A stretch of DNA of 63,307 nucleotides, counting the filler, from Octopus bimaculoides (taxonomy: Eukaryota), in NCBI RefSeq assembly GCF_001194135.2. It is 3 parts of 3 records of this genome, joined end to end, with 100 filler letters (N's around TTAATTAATTAA, not from the genome) between each part and the next. Parts side by side here need not be neighbours in the genome. Positions count along the whole stretch, not along the records: positions 47,663 to 63,307 come from NC_069004.1; 2 more parts are not named here. One strand, written 5' to 3'. Shown piece after piece: positions 53,329 through 63,307 of this stretch. The notes beneath the pieces were generated by a model. It was not told the origin of the DNA and did not search any database. It saw only the letters and a list, made by a program, of their open reading frames with translations. Every line of letters starts with the position of its first letter. Positions within the stretch are counted from its first letter, which is position 1. The translations under genes and the position numbers were made by a program.

Positions 53329-56104
53329 GAGACGAACCACCATTCCATAACTCAGTCAATGAAGAACCCCTCCAAAACCATGCTGTGAGACATATACCAT
53401 ACAAAATACTAATCTAAAATTTTAATGATATATAATGAACAGTCAGATTATTACAATCATACAATATATAAGAGCAAATACTTTTAATATCACAGTGAAT
53501 TCCATACAAAGAAACATTCATCATAAAAATATTAATCTAAAAATCAAATAAAGTATAAATTGAACAATAAAAATTAATACAATAATGTAATGTATAAAAG
53601 TAAGTACTTGTACACCTACTATGCTCGTTTCATGGCTGAATTAGGACTATATAAAATCATATAAGAAAACCATATCCAAGTTCATTAGAACGGAAAAATG
53701 ATTTTTTGTTATCCCTATGGGAGCACGAGATTCCTCTCAGGTTACAGACCTAGTAGGAATTTACTTATTAGCAGAACTCCAATTAGAAAATCTTAAATTG
53801 GAGGGTGGATTATATAGAGATGATCTGCTAATAATAAAAAATTGCACTAATAGAACATTAGAAATATATAAGAAGAAAATATATAGTTTTTTTTTAAAGG
53901 ATTACAATTTATAGCAAAAATAGCAATGTTAATTACTTAGGTGTAAATTTTAACTTAATAACAGGTATAACCCAACCTTACTATAAAATTAATGAAAACC
54001 TGAAATATATTAATGCTAAGACTAACCATCCACCTTCAATGAAGAAGGCGTTAGCAAATATTATAGGGAAAAGAATTTCATTACTTTCTTCCAACTATGA
54101 GATATTCAATAAACATGCACCATATTATAATGAAGCGCTTCATAAGGCGGGATATAATAATAATATTAAATTTTTCAACAATTCTAAATATAATTATAAT
54201 TTAAAAGATAATTTAAATGATGCATTCATCTTCTATAACAATAAACACAACATTAAGAATCATCTGAAGCCCGATCAGGTAGTAATATGAACAATAAACC
54301 TCATAGTAATAATAATAATGAGAATAAAATATGGCTAATAATTCCTGATGGGATACATGTTAAAACTAACATTATTAAAGATATTTTAAATATAATTAAG
54401 ACGTTTATTAAAGACAACAATAAATATAAGGACATATTTTCTACCAATAAATTTGGAGTTGGTTAAGTTTTACAATAATAAATTAAGTAACACCTCCAAT
54501 GAAGACCAGAATACAATTGATTGTAATTGTAGAGATAAGACTAAATGTAAATTTAATGATAAATGTAATGTTGAGGACGTAGTATATAAATGTATAGTGA
54601 TTTTGAATGATAATGATAATAGTAATAATGATAACATAAATACTACTTAGATAAGATCGACTTCCAATAAAATTAAATCATGGGTGGCCCAACATATGAA
54701 TTCTTTTAAGAACAGAAATTTAATGAATTCTATGGACCTTAGTAAATACATTTGGGAACTTAAATCTAAAAGAATAAAATACGATTTAAAATGCGAAATA
54801 GTTTGTAAGGCCAAATCGTATAGAATAGGGAGTAAATTTTGATTATAATGTACGAATGAATTTAAAGAGATATTATTAGCTAATAAAAAATTGATTAACT
54901 CCCAAGATGAACGTAATATTAAATGTAGACATAAATTAAATTATTTATATAATAAGTTTAGATAATGTATTTATTTATTTAAGCCCATGAAAAGTTACCA
55001 ATTTATGGTTATAATTAGTAGCGTTACATACATATAATTAGCTTTAGAATACACTTTAAACATTACATAATTATATAAAATTAGAATAAATAACTAACTT
55101 TTTACTAATAAAGAATTTAACAATAATATGTGCATTCTTTTACAATGTTTTATAGCATTACTTACGTAATACATAAATTTTGTACGTATTATAGTTATTA
55201 TTTTTTGTAGGTCTAAAGGTTTTAAGTATCTTAAATCTTCAATAAACAATATACTTTAGGTAAACTTTCGTTATTATTATAGTAAATGTAATACATATTT
55301 ATCTCTGGATAATGGACGCCATATTTACCACGTTACTTTTCAGTATAAATGCTAAAGTACACTTATTTCGGTTTAATTTGTAGTAATTTGCCAGCAAATA
55401 AGTCATGTTTTTAAAATTTATTCTAAACAATATCGACATACGTCCTTTATTAACTTTATACACTAACACGTATTTACATTTATTTACCTTTTCCATAATG
55501 AATTAATCTTGTTCACAATAATACTCTTTTTGAATATTTTTTAGCTTGTAACTTTTAATAATAATATTAATGTCTTTAATCTAGGGATTACATTACAGGA
55601 TTTGTTTCTTTATATATATTTTTTATTCCTTATTTTTATTCCTTATCATATTATGAGGTAAGTTAAACTTTTAGGTTTTAGGTTTTTTTTAGGAATTTGA
55701 CCTCAGCAGTGACTGCTTTCGGATTAAAATCATTTTCCGTTCTAATGAACTTGGATATGGTTTTCTTATATGATTTTATATAGTCCTGATTCAGCCATGA
55801 AATGTGCGTAGTCGATGTACAAATACTTACTTTTATACATTACATTATTGTATTAATTTTTATTGTTCAATTTATACTTTATTTGATTTTTAGATTAATA
55901 TTTTTATGATGAATGTTTCTTTGTATGGTATTCGCTGTGATATTAAAAGTATTTGCTCTTATATATTGTATGATTGTAATAACCTGACTGTTCAATATTA
56001 TATATTATTAAAATTTTAAATTAGTATTTTGTATGGTATATGTCTCACAGCATGGTTTTGGAGGGGTTCTTCATTGCCTGAGTTATGGAATGGTGGTTCG
56101 TCTC
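53329..56104 (+). mobile_element. Penelope-like element (Neptune-like RT plus GIY-YIG) bounded by about 380-bp inverted repeats
   Basis: IPMGARDSSQV, GLYRDDL, KRISLLSSN...FNKHAPYYNEAL, CNCRDKTKC...VVYKC, SKYIWELK and LCTNE; inverted arms 53329-53705 and 55726-56104. Confidence 0.88.
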
Positions 56105-56660
56105 GTGTTTCCCCTATGTATGTCATATTCAGGTCTTTACAAGCACCTTCCATGCATTTTATGCTGTAAACTACATTTCTATTTCTGCAGTTAATGCCAG
56201 GGCTAATCCTACATACCATGCAGTTATCATTGGTACATATGGTATTCTCAAAGGGGTACGTCCTACATAGTTGTGATCTGATGGAGTTCCCTGACTTTTC
56301 AACAATCTTAATGTTGAGTTTGGACTCCTTCAGAGCTTCTCTAAACCTACGCGCTAGTTCTCCATGGGCTGTGGCCTCTACAAACATCACTCCTTGATAT
56401 CTGTCGGTTTTATACCACGTGTTCGCCCTGTTGGGAAACATCTAGGAGCATTGCAGAACGACTAAACGAACATCTGAGACAATATGACGACAAAAAACAG
56501 TCCTCCATACTCTACCAACATGCCAAAGACCAGCATGGAGGCAACTTGGGTCAACTTGACATCCGCATCTTATCCAAGCACCCAAAAGACCCAACTCTAA
56601 GACAAATACGGGAGTACGTCCTTATAAATGAAACTTCCCCAATACTAAATAGGAAATATA
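56105..56660. mobile_element. Second Penelope-like element, GIY-YIG region with 5' inversion
   Basis: Minus 56441-56105 reads FVEAT...VVYSIKC...YIGET; plus 56434-56660 reads ETSRSIAERLNEH...LRQIRE...PILNRK. Confidence 0.85.
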
Positions 56661-57099
56661 CATAGATATCATACCCCCATACCCACATTTTACACAGGTA
56701 AAGTAGAATAGTTAATGGGCTTTTATGCAGATAGATGTATGTATGTCTGTGTGTGTGGGTGTGTGTGTGTGCATGCACATGTATGTATATGTAAACCANN
56801 NNNNNNNNNNNNNNNNNNNNNNNNNNNNNNNNNNNNNNNNNNNNNNNNNNNNNNNNNNNNNNNNNNNNNNNNNNNNNNNNNNNNNNNACCCATACATACA
56901 AACATGGTACATAACAGCAAAACACACACACACACTCAGACATGCACACACAAGGAGACAGAGGTACATAAATACATATACACACGTGCACACACATACA
57001 TAAAAAACACACAAACACAGGAATATGCAGAATACATACATACATACATGCAAACGCACACACATACATACATATATGCATACACACACATACATACAT

Positions 57100-57260
57100 C
57101 ATCATCATCATCGTTTAACGTCCGCTTTCCATGCTAGCATGGGTTGGACGATTTGACTGAGGACTGGTGAAACCGGATGGCAACACCAGGCTCCAGTCTG
57201 ATTTGGCAGAGTTTCTACAGCTGGATGCCCTTCCTAACGCCAACCACTCAGAGAGTGTAG
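57100..57260 (-). mobile_element. Short RTE 3' tail copy
   Basis: (CAT)n CGTTTAACGTCCGCTTTCCATGCTAGCATGGGTTGGACG...CCTAACGCCAACCACTC, reverse complement of 59440-59590. Confidence 0.85.
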
Positions 57261-57392
57261 ATACATATATACATATGCACACACAGAGAGACATACATAC
57301 ACACACATGCACACATACATGCATGCATACATACACACTGAGACACACATGTGCAAAAACAAACAAAAGCAAAAAAGAACGTAGCGTAAATA

Positions 57393-58036
57393 ATGGGAAG
57401 TAACCAAAGAGCATTTAAGGTACATAATGCTTTATGAGTACAAAAAAGGAAACTCTGCAGCCGAAGCGACTCAAGACATACACTCAGTTTATAGGAAAGC
57501 TTGTTTGAACGAAAGAACTTGCAGAAGATGGTTTGCAAAATTCAGAAGTGGAGATTTCAGCCTTGAAGATGAATATCGAACAGGACGTCCAGTTGAGTTT
57601 GATGATAAGCTCCTTGAGGCATTAATTGAAAAAAATCCTGCATTATCAGTTGAAGAATTGGCAATAAAGCTTAGTTCAAACCATACAACTGTTCATCATC
57701 ATCTTCAACAACTTGGAAAGGTTCCTAAACTTGGAAAATGGGTGCCTCATGTATTGTCCAAAAGTAACTGCAAATCCCGAGTTGACATCTGCTCTTCTCT
57801 CCAGTCTCGCAAACTCGTTTCATTCTTTTTAGATAGACTTGTGACTGGTGACGAAAAATGGATCTTCTATCGAAATGTTAAACGTCGTAAACAGTGGCTT
57901 GGTAAAAGGGGAGAAGCTCAACCACAACCGAGAAGGGAAATTCATGGAAAAAAGGTTCTTCTCTCTATCTGGTGGGATTGGAAAGGAGTAATTCACTTTG
58001 AATTGTTACCACGTAATGCAACCATCAATGCTCAAG

Positions 58037-58038
<2 letters not shown>
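57393..58038 (+). mobile_element. Mariner transposase fragment (second family), 3'-truncated
   Basis: MLYEYKKG, RRWFAKFRSGDFSLED..RTGRP, KWVPHVL, VTGDEKW and LLSIWWDWKG; stops at a (TA)n tract. Confidence 0.9.
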
Positions 58039-58073
<35 letters not shown>

Positions 58074-58099
58074 ATATATATATGTATGTAGAAACTCTA

Positions 58100-59591
58100 T
58101 ATCGATCTGTAGAAAAAGTGTAGGTAGAAACTCTATAAGATGTACCCAGTGCAAGCTATGGACACATAAGAGGTGCAGCAATATTTAAGGAAGGTTAACT
58201 AGGAAGTNNNNNNNNNNAAGCTATGGACACATAAGAGGTGCAGCAATATTTAAGGAAGGTTAACTAGGAAGTTAGTTTTTGTATGTGGCAGATGTTCAGG
58301 AGCAATAAACGCTGAAAATGTGCTGAAAACAACTTCTGTCACATTCCAAGGAGAAAAACTAGACGTAGTTGATAGCTTCCGCTATCTGGGTGACCAAGTT
58401 AGTAGTGGGGGAGGGTGCGCTGAAAGTGTAGCTGCTAGAATAAGAATAGCCTGGGCAAAGTTCAGAGAGCTCTTACCTCTGTTGGCGACAAAGGGCCTCT
58501 CACTCAGAGTAAAAGGCAGACTGTATGATGCAGCCATGCTACACGGCAGTGAAACACGGGCTGTGACTGCTGAGGACATGCGTAAGCTCACAAGGAACGA
58601 AGCCAGTATGCTCCGATGGATGAGTAATGTCAGTGTGCATACCCGACAGAGTGTAAGTATCTTGAGAGAAAAGTTGAACCTATGAAGCATCAGTTGTGGT
58701 GGGCAAGAGAGACAATTACGCTGGTATGGTTATGTGGTGAGAATGGATGAGGATAGCTGTGTGAAAAAATGCCACACCCTAGCGGTTGAGGGAATCTGTG
58801 GAAGAGGCAGGCTCAGGAAGACCTGTTATGAGGTGGTGAAGCACGACCTTCGAACATTAGGCCTCACCGAGACCTTTGGAAATATGTTGTGCATGAGAAG
58901 ACCCAGCAAGCCAAGTTAGACCAAAATCCAAGGCCTCTGCCAGGGATGTAGCCAGCTCACTTATGCGTAACATTCCTTCATTGGACACTAAACTCCACTT
59001 GTGAAGACCTGTTGAGACAAGTGAAATCGAAATCAAACTAAATTTGACGACTGGCACCCATGCCAACGTCTCTTTCATTGAACACTAAACTCGGCTTGCT
59101 AAGACCTATTGGGGCAAGCGAAAGCAAAATCGTGATGGCACCTGTACCAGTGGAGCACTAAGAGCTCCGTCCGAGTGTGATCGTTGCCAGAGCAGCTGTC
59201 TGGCTTCCATGCCAGTAGCATGTAAGTAGCACCATTTGAGCATGATTGTTACCAGTGTTGCCTTCCTGGCACTTGTGCTGGTGGCATGTGAAAAGACATT
59301 CGAGCGAGATCGTTACCAGTGCTGCTGGACTGGCTCCTGTGCAGGTGGCACATAAAATACAACATTTCGAGCGTGGCCATTGCCAGTACCACCTGACTGG
59401 CCTTCTTGCTGGTGGCACGTAAAAGCACCCACTACATTCTCAGAGTGGTTGGCGTTAGGAAGGGCATCCAGCTGTAGAAACTCTGCCAAATCAGATTGGA
59501 GCTTGGTGTAGCCATCTGGTTCACCAGTCCTCAGTCAAATCGTCCAACCCATGCTAGAATGGAAAACGGACGTTAAACTATGATGATGATG

Positions 59592-59592
<1 letters not shown>
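58100..59592 (+). mobile_element. RTE LINE, 5'-truncated, with PHD-like Cys/His insert, repeat-rich 3' UTR and (GAT)n tail
   Basis: IRCTQCKLWTHKRCS...CGRC, VDSFRYLGD, RIRIAWAKFRELLPLL, LHGSET, RWYGYVVRM and GRGRLRKT; ends CGTTAAACTATGATGATGAT. Confidence 0.9.
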
Positions 59593-59625
<33 letters not shown>

Positions 59626-61614
59626 ATATATATGTATATATATATATGTGTGTGTATATATATGTATATATATGAGTGTATATATATGTATATATATATA
59701 TGTGTGTATATATATATATGTATATATATGTAGATATGTATGTATATATGTATATGTATGTATATATATATATATGTATATGTNNNNNNNNNNTATATAT
59801 ATATGTATATATATGTAGATATGTATGTATATATGTATATGTATGTATATATATATATATGTATATGTATATCTGTATGTATATGTATGTATGTGTATAT
59901 ATGTATATATATATACACATATGCATGTATATGTATATATATATATATGCATATATATGTATGTACATGGTGGCAGCTGATTAAGGATATGTTCTATATG
60001 TGGCCTGTGTGTTTTTTGTACCTTGTTTATCATTTTGTCCATGTTTTTTTGCAACGTCATGTACCTAGAGATGCATCTATCTATACATGTAGATGAAGGT
60101 ATGTACATACATGTACATATATATGTACATATATATGCATATCCTCATATTTTATTTGTAGTACATATATATATATCTANNNNNNNNNNTATATATATAT
60201 ACATGTATATATATGCATGTATATATGGAGAAATTTTTGTAACTGTGGTAAAAAGAGAACGTTCTCATTAGGCTGTCAGTGTGTTAAGAAAGAAATATAG
60301 TTTACGGGTGTAAGGTTACATCATGTGAAATGTTGCACATTCATATTTGATCATGCTTGACAAATTTCTAAGAAAAAAACATTTAGCTTCATTTGAAGAT
60401 AGGCGAAAAATGCATAAAGGAAGCTTAAGTATGCCTATCTGGTCCTTAAATATAGAAACACTGATTTTAACATAGGACGGAAAGAATTGCATGGTTAAAC
60501 GTTACGTAATTATGGAAAAGTGATGAAATCAATGCATAGCAGAAATATTCCATAGTTTCATGTCTGAAACCAACTGCTCAGTCATAGGAAGGAGCAAGAA
60601 CTAAGATGTCTACACCTTTACAGATAACATTTTAAATATTTTCATAGAGAAGATTTTAATTCTATTGGCACTCGGTTTATATGGTAAGTGTCAATGATAT
60701 ATCTGGTGTGCTTATCTTAAGTTGTAATTAATATTTTCCATACCTTGAACTGTATAGTTGAAAATACCTGCAACACACATAGGACAAAAAACTACTCTTA
60801 AATTAAAAGTTGATTTGTAAAAAGAAATATTCACCTTGATCCCACAAAGTAAGTTCTACTTATTTAAATAGCCATGTCTTAATTTTATCTAAATTAGTGA
60901 CCAGTAGCTGTATGAAATATCTAAATTCACTAAGGCTAATTTTTTTTTTATAAAGTGACTTGATTAATTCTTGCCTGGAAATTCAAATCTAAAGTCATCA
61001 GAGGGTCAACATCATCGTAATCTTTATAGTTCTATCAGATTATCTAACCTTCCTCTCATACACCTTGCACTCAAAAAACTGTAGTCAATTTCCAAAAATA
61101 TATCACCTGTCAAAACTACATATACTGAGTTTGCTTCAATCCATTTCAGTGGATGGACCTTGAATAAAGGTACATAGACTAATCGCTAATTGACAGTAAC
61201 TGGATGCAGATGCAATTGCTAGATATCTATACAACAGAAACATGTGTTGGGCAAATTTAAATCAAATATGCTGTAATTGACTGGAGAAATGATTAAAAAA
61301 TTGTGTGTGCAGAGTCTCCATATTCATTGTTACTGTATTGGATATACACTCAGTTGAATATTCATTATCCAGAGAAGCGAACCCAGGATTTACCCATCAG
61401 ATAAGATACGGTGGGATTGCTTACCTCAAGTAATTCTAGCTGCTCATTTGAACTTGATACAGTTAGCCTTAATCTGGATTATAACTAAGTGCTTGAATGG
61501 TACCAGCCTGGATATAATACCCCTGTCTATTCACTATGTGTGTATGTGTTTGTGTGCATAAAGTACATGCACACATGTATATACACATACTGTGTATATA
61601 TTTGTTTATGTATG

Positions 61615-61649
<35 letters not shown>

Positions 61650-61666
61650 AATGTATGTATGTATAT

Positions 61667-62015
61667 ACTCTTTTACTTGTTTCAGCCATTTGACCCCAAA
61701 ACTTATTCTTTGTAAGCCTAGTACTAATTTTATCGGTCTCTTTTGCCGAACCGCTAAGTTATGGGGGACATAAACACACCAGCATCGGTTGTCAAGCCAT
61801 GTTGGGGGGGACAAACACAGACACACAAACACACACACACATATATATACATATATACGATGGGCTCCTTTCAGTTTCCATCTACCAAATCCACTCACAA
61901 GGCTTTAGTCAGCCTGAGGCTATAGTAGAAGACGCCCAAAGTGGCACACAGTGGAACTGAACCCGGAACCATGGTTGGTAAGCAAGCTACTTACCACACA
62001 ACCACTCCTGTGCCT
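61667..62015 (-). mobile_element. SINE family 3, full length
   Basis: Reverse complement of 18246-18660. Confidence 0.9.
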
Positions 62016-62025
62016 ATATATAAAC

Positions 62026-62064
<39 letters not shown>

Positions 62065-62718
62065 NNNNNNNNNNNNNNNNNNNNNNNNNNNNNNNNNNNN
62101 NNNNNNNNNNNNNNNNNNNNNNNNNNNNNNNNNNNNNNNNNNNNNNNNNNNNNNNNNNNNNNNNNNNNNNNNNNNNNNNNNNNNNNNNNNNNNNNNNNNN
62201 NNNNNNNNNNNNNNNNNNNNNNNNNNNNNNNNNNNNNNNNNNNNNNNNNNNNNNNNNNNNNNNNNNNNNNNNNNNNNNNNNNNNNNNNNNNNNNNNNNNN
62301 NNNNNNNNNNNNNNNNNNNNNNNNNNNNNNNNNNNNNNNNNNNNNNNNNNNNNNNNNNNNNNNNNNNNNNNNNNNNNNNNNNNNNNNNNNNNNNNNNNNN
62401 NNNNNNNNNNNNNNNNNNNNNNNNNNNNNNNNNNNNNNNNNNNNNNNNNNNNNNCTTCAGTCCGATATTCTGATAAATTTGAAAGTGTCTCTAAAAAAGG
62501 TATGCCGTTTAGAGAAAAATTTTTAGTTTAGAATCAGTAGTTCTTTGACTGCTATTTCTAAATTTTCAGTATGTTGGAGAAGCAACTCAATGCTAATCCC
62601 TGTATATTTATGATGATAAATGGTTTTACTGATAAAGGTTTTTTCATACTGAACTACTTGGCAAAATTGTTAATTATTAATTCTATTATTAATTGACGAT
62701 TCCCTGCCCTTATTCTTG

Positions 62719-62753
<35 letters not shown>

Positions 62754-62758
62754 TGTGG

Positions 62759-63165
62759 TAAGAAATGGAGCAATAAACAGTGAGAAGTGCATCATTGATG
62801 CTTTAAAGTCATTATTTAATTAAGGTGTGATTATGTTTACAGCTGTTTCAGTATATCAAGCTGGGGTAAATTTGCATTTACCTCATTGCAATTGATAGAC
62901 ATCATTGGAACGATTACAGTTGTAAACATACTCTCATCTTAATTAAATAATGACTTTAAAACACCAATGATCCACTTCTAACTGTTGTTATTGTTCCATT
63001 TCTTATCGTCTTTTTTATATATATCTTAAACCACGATTTTACCTTTAAATTTACCTACTACCGTATACATTACAACAAGGACCATACATACTGAGGTAAT
63101 ACCAGAAGTGCCTATGGATACATCTCTCCCTTAGATGGTTACATTACCTCTAACTTATATCTTAC

Positions 63166-63170
<5 letters not shown>
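62759..63170. mobile_element. Hammerhead-tail element, copy D (related family) with inverted arms
   Basis: Arms 62759-62846 and 62916-63005; tail continues to 63170 before (TA)n. Confidence 0.75.
62835..62911 (-). ncRNA. Decayed type I hammerhead-like motif
   Basis: GTT-CCAATGA-TGTCTATCAA...TTGATATACT-GAAAC-AGCT-GTA-AAC; stem I 3 of 3, stem II 8 of 10, inner GGTAAAT/ATTTACC hairpin; core has 2 substitutions. Confidence 0.55.
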
Positions 63171-63201
<31 letters not shown>

Positions 63202-63307
63202 GTATGTATATATATGTATAATGTATGTATGTATATATATATATATATAATGTATGTATATATATATATGTATAATGTATGTATGTATATATATATATAT
63301 ATAATGT

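Noticed and set aside
55700-55800. Hammerhead-like fold in the PLE right arm (minus: CTGAATCA-GGAC...ATCC-GAAA-GCAG-TCA-CTGC-TG)
   Set aside because: Stems II and III are plausible, but the core is 8 nt, the cleavage position is G and no stem I pairs; not called.
58153-58270. About 55-bp direct duplication around a 10-N gap in the RTE
   Set aside because: Typical unmerged contig overlap.
293-63307. Long ORFs rich in YI, CV, HT or X
   Set aside because: They are translations of microsatellites and N gaps, not genes.
1-63307. CRISPR arrays, operons or prokaryotic systems
   Set aside because: Eukaryotic repeat landscape; no repeat-spacer arrays or bacterial genes seen.

Overview
AT-rich animal genomic DNA with dense microsatellites and many N gaps. 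The SINE families and (TA)n/(TG)n/(CATA)n load look like an Octopus (cephalopod) draft assembly; this is recalled pattern recognition, not a database result. No host protein-coding gene can be confidently called, and nearly all long ORFs in the track are microsatellite or N-gap artefacts. The window holds decayed transposons: R4/Dong-like, CR1-like, Tx1/L1-like and RTE LINE fragments, two Penelope-like elements (PLEs), two mariners, a hAT transposase remnant, three tRNA-type SINE families and a fold-back element with internal TTAGGG repeats. The main unexplained signal is a set of at least six hammerhead-ribozyme-like motifs, the best at 30107-30242. Several sit in a short non-coding element family that ends in (TA)n microsatellites and carries inverted partial duplications, two of which break at the same internal site. 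Also notable are a TSD-flanked chimeric SINE that captured sequence from a locus about 12 kb away and a twin-priming-type inversion in a PLE. Coordinates were read by eye and element ends are approximate.
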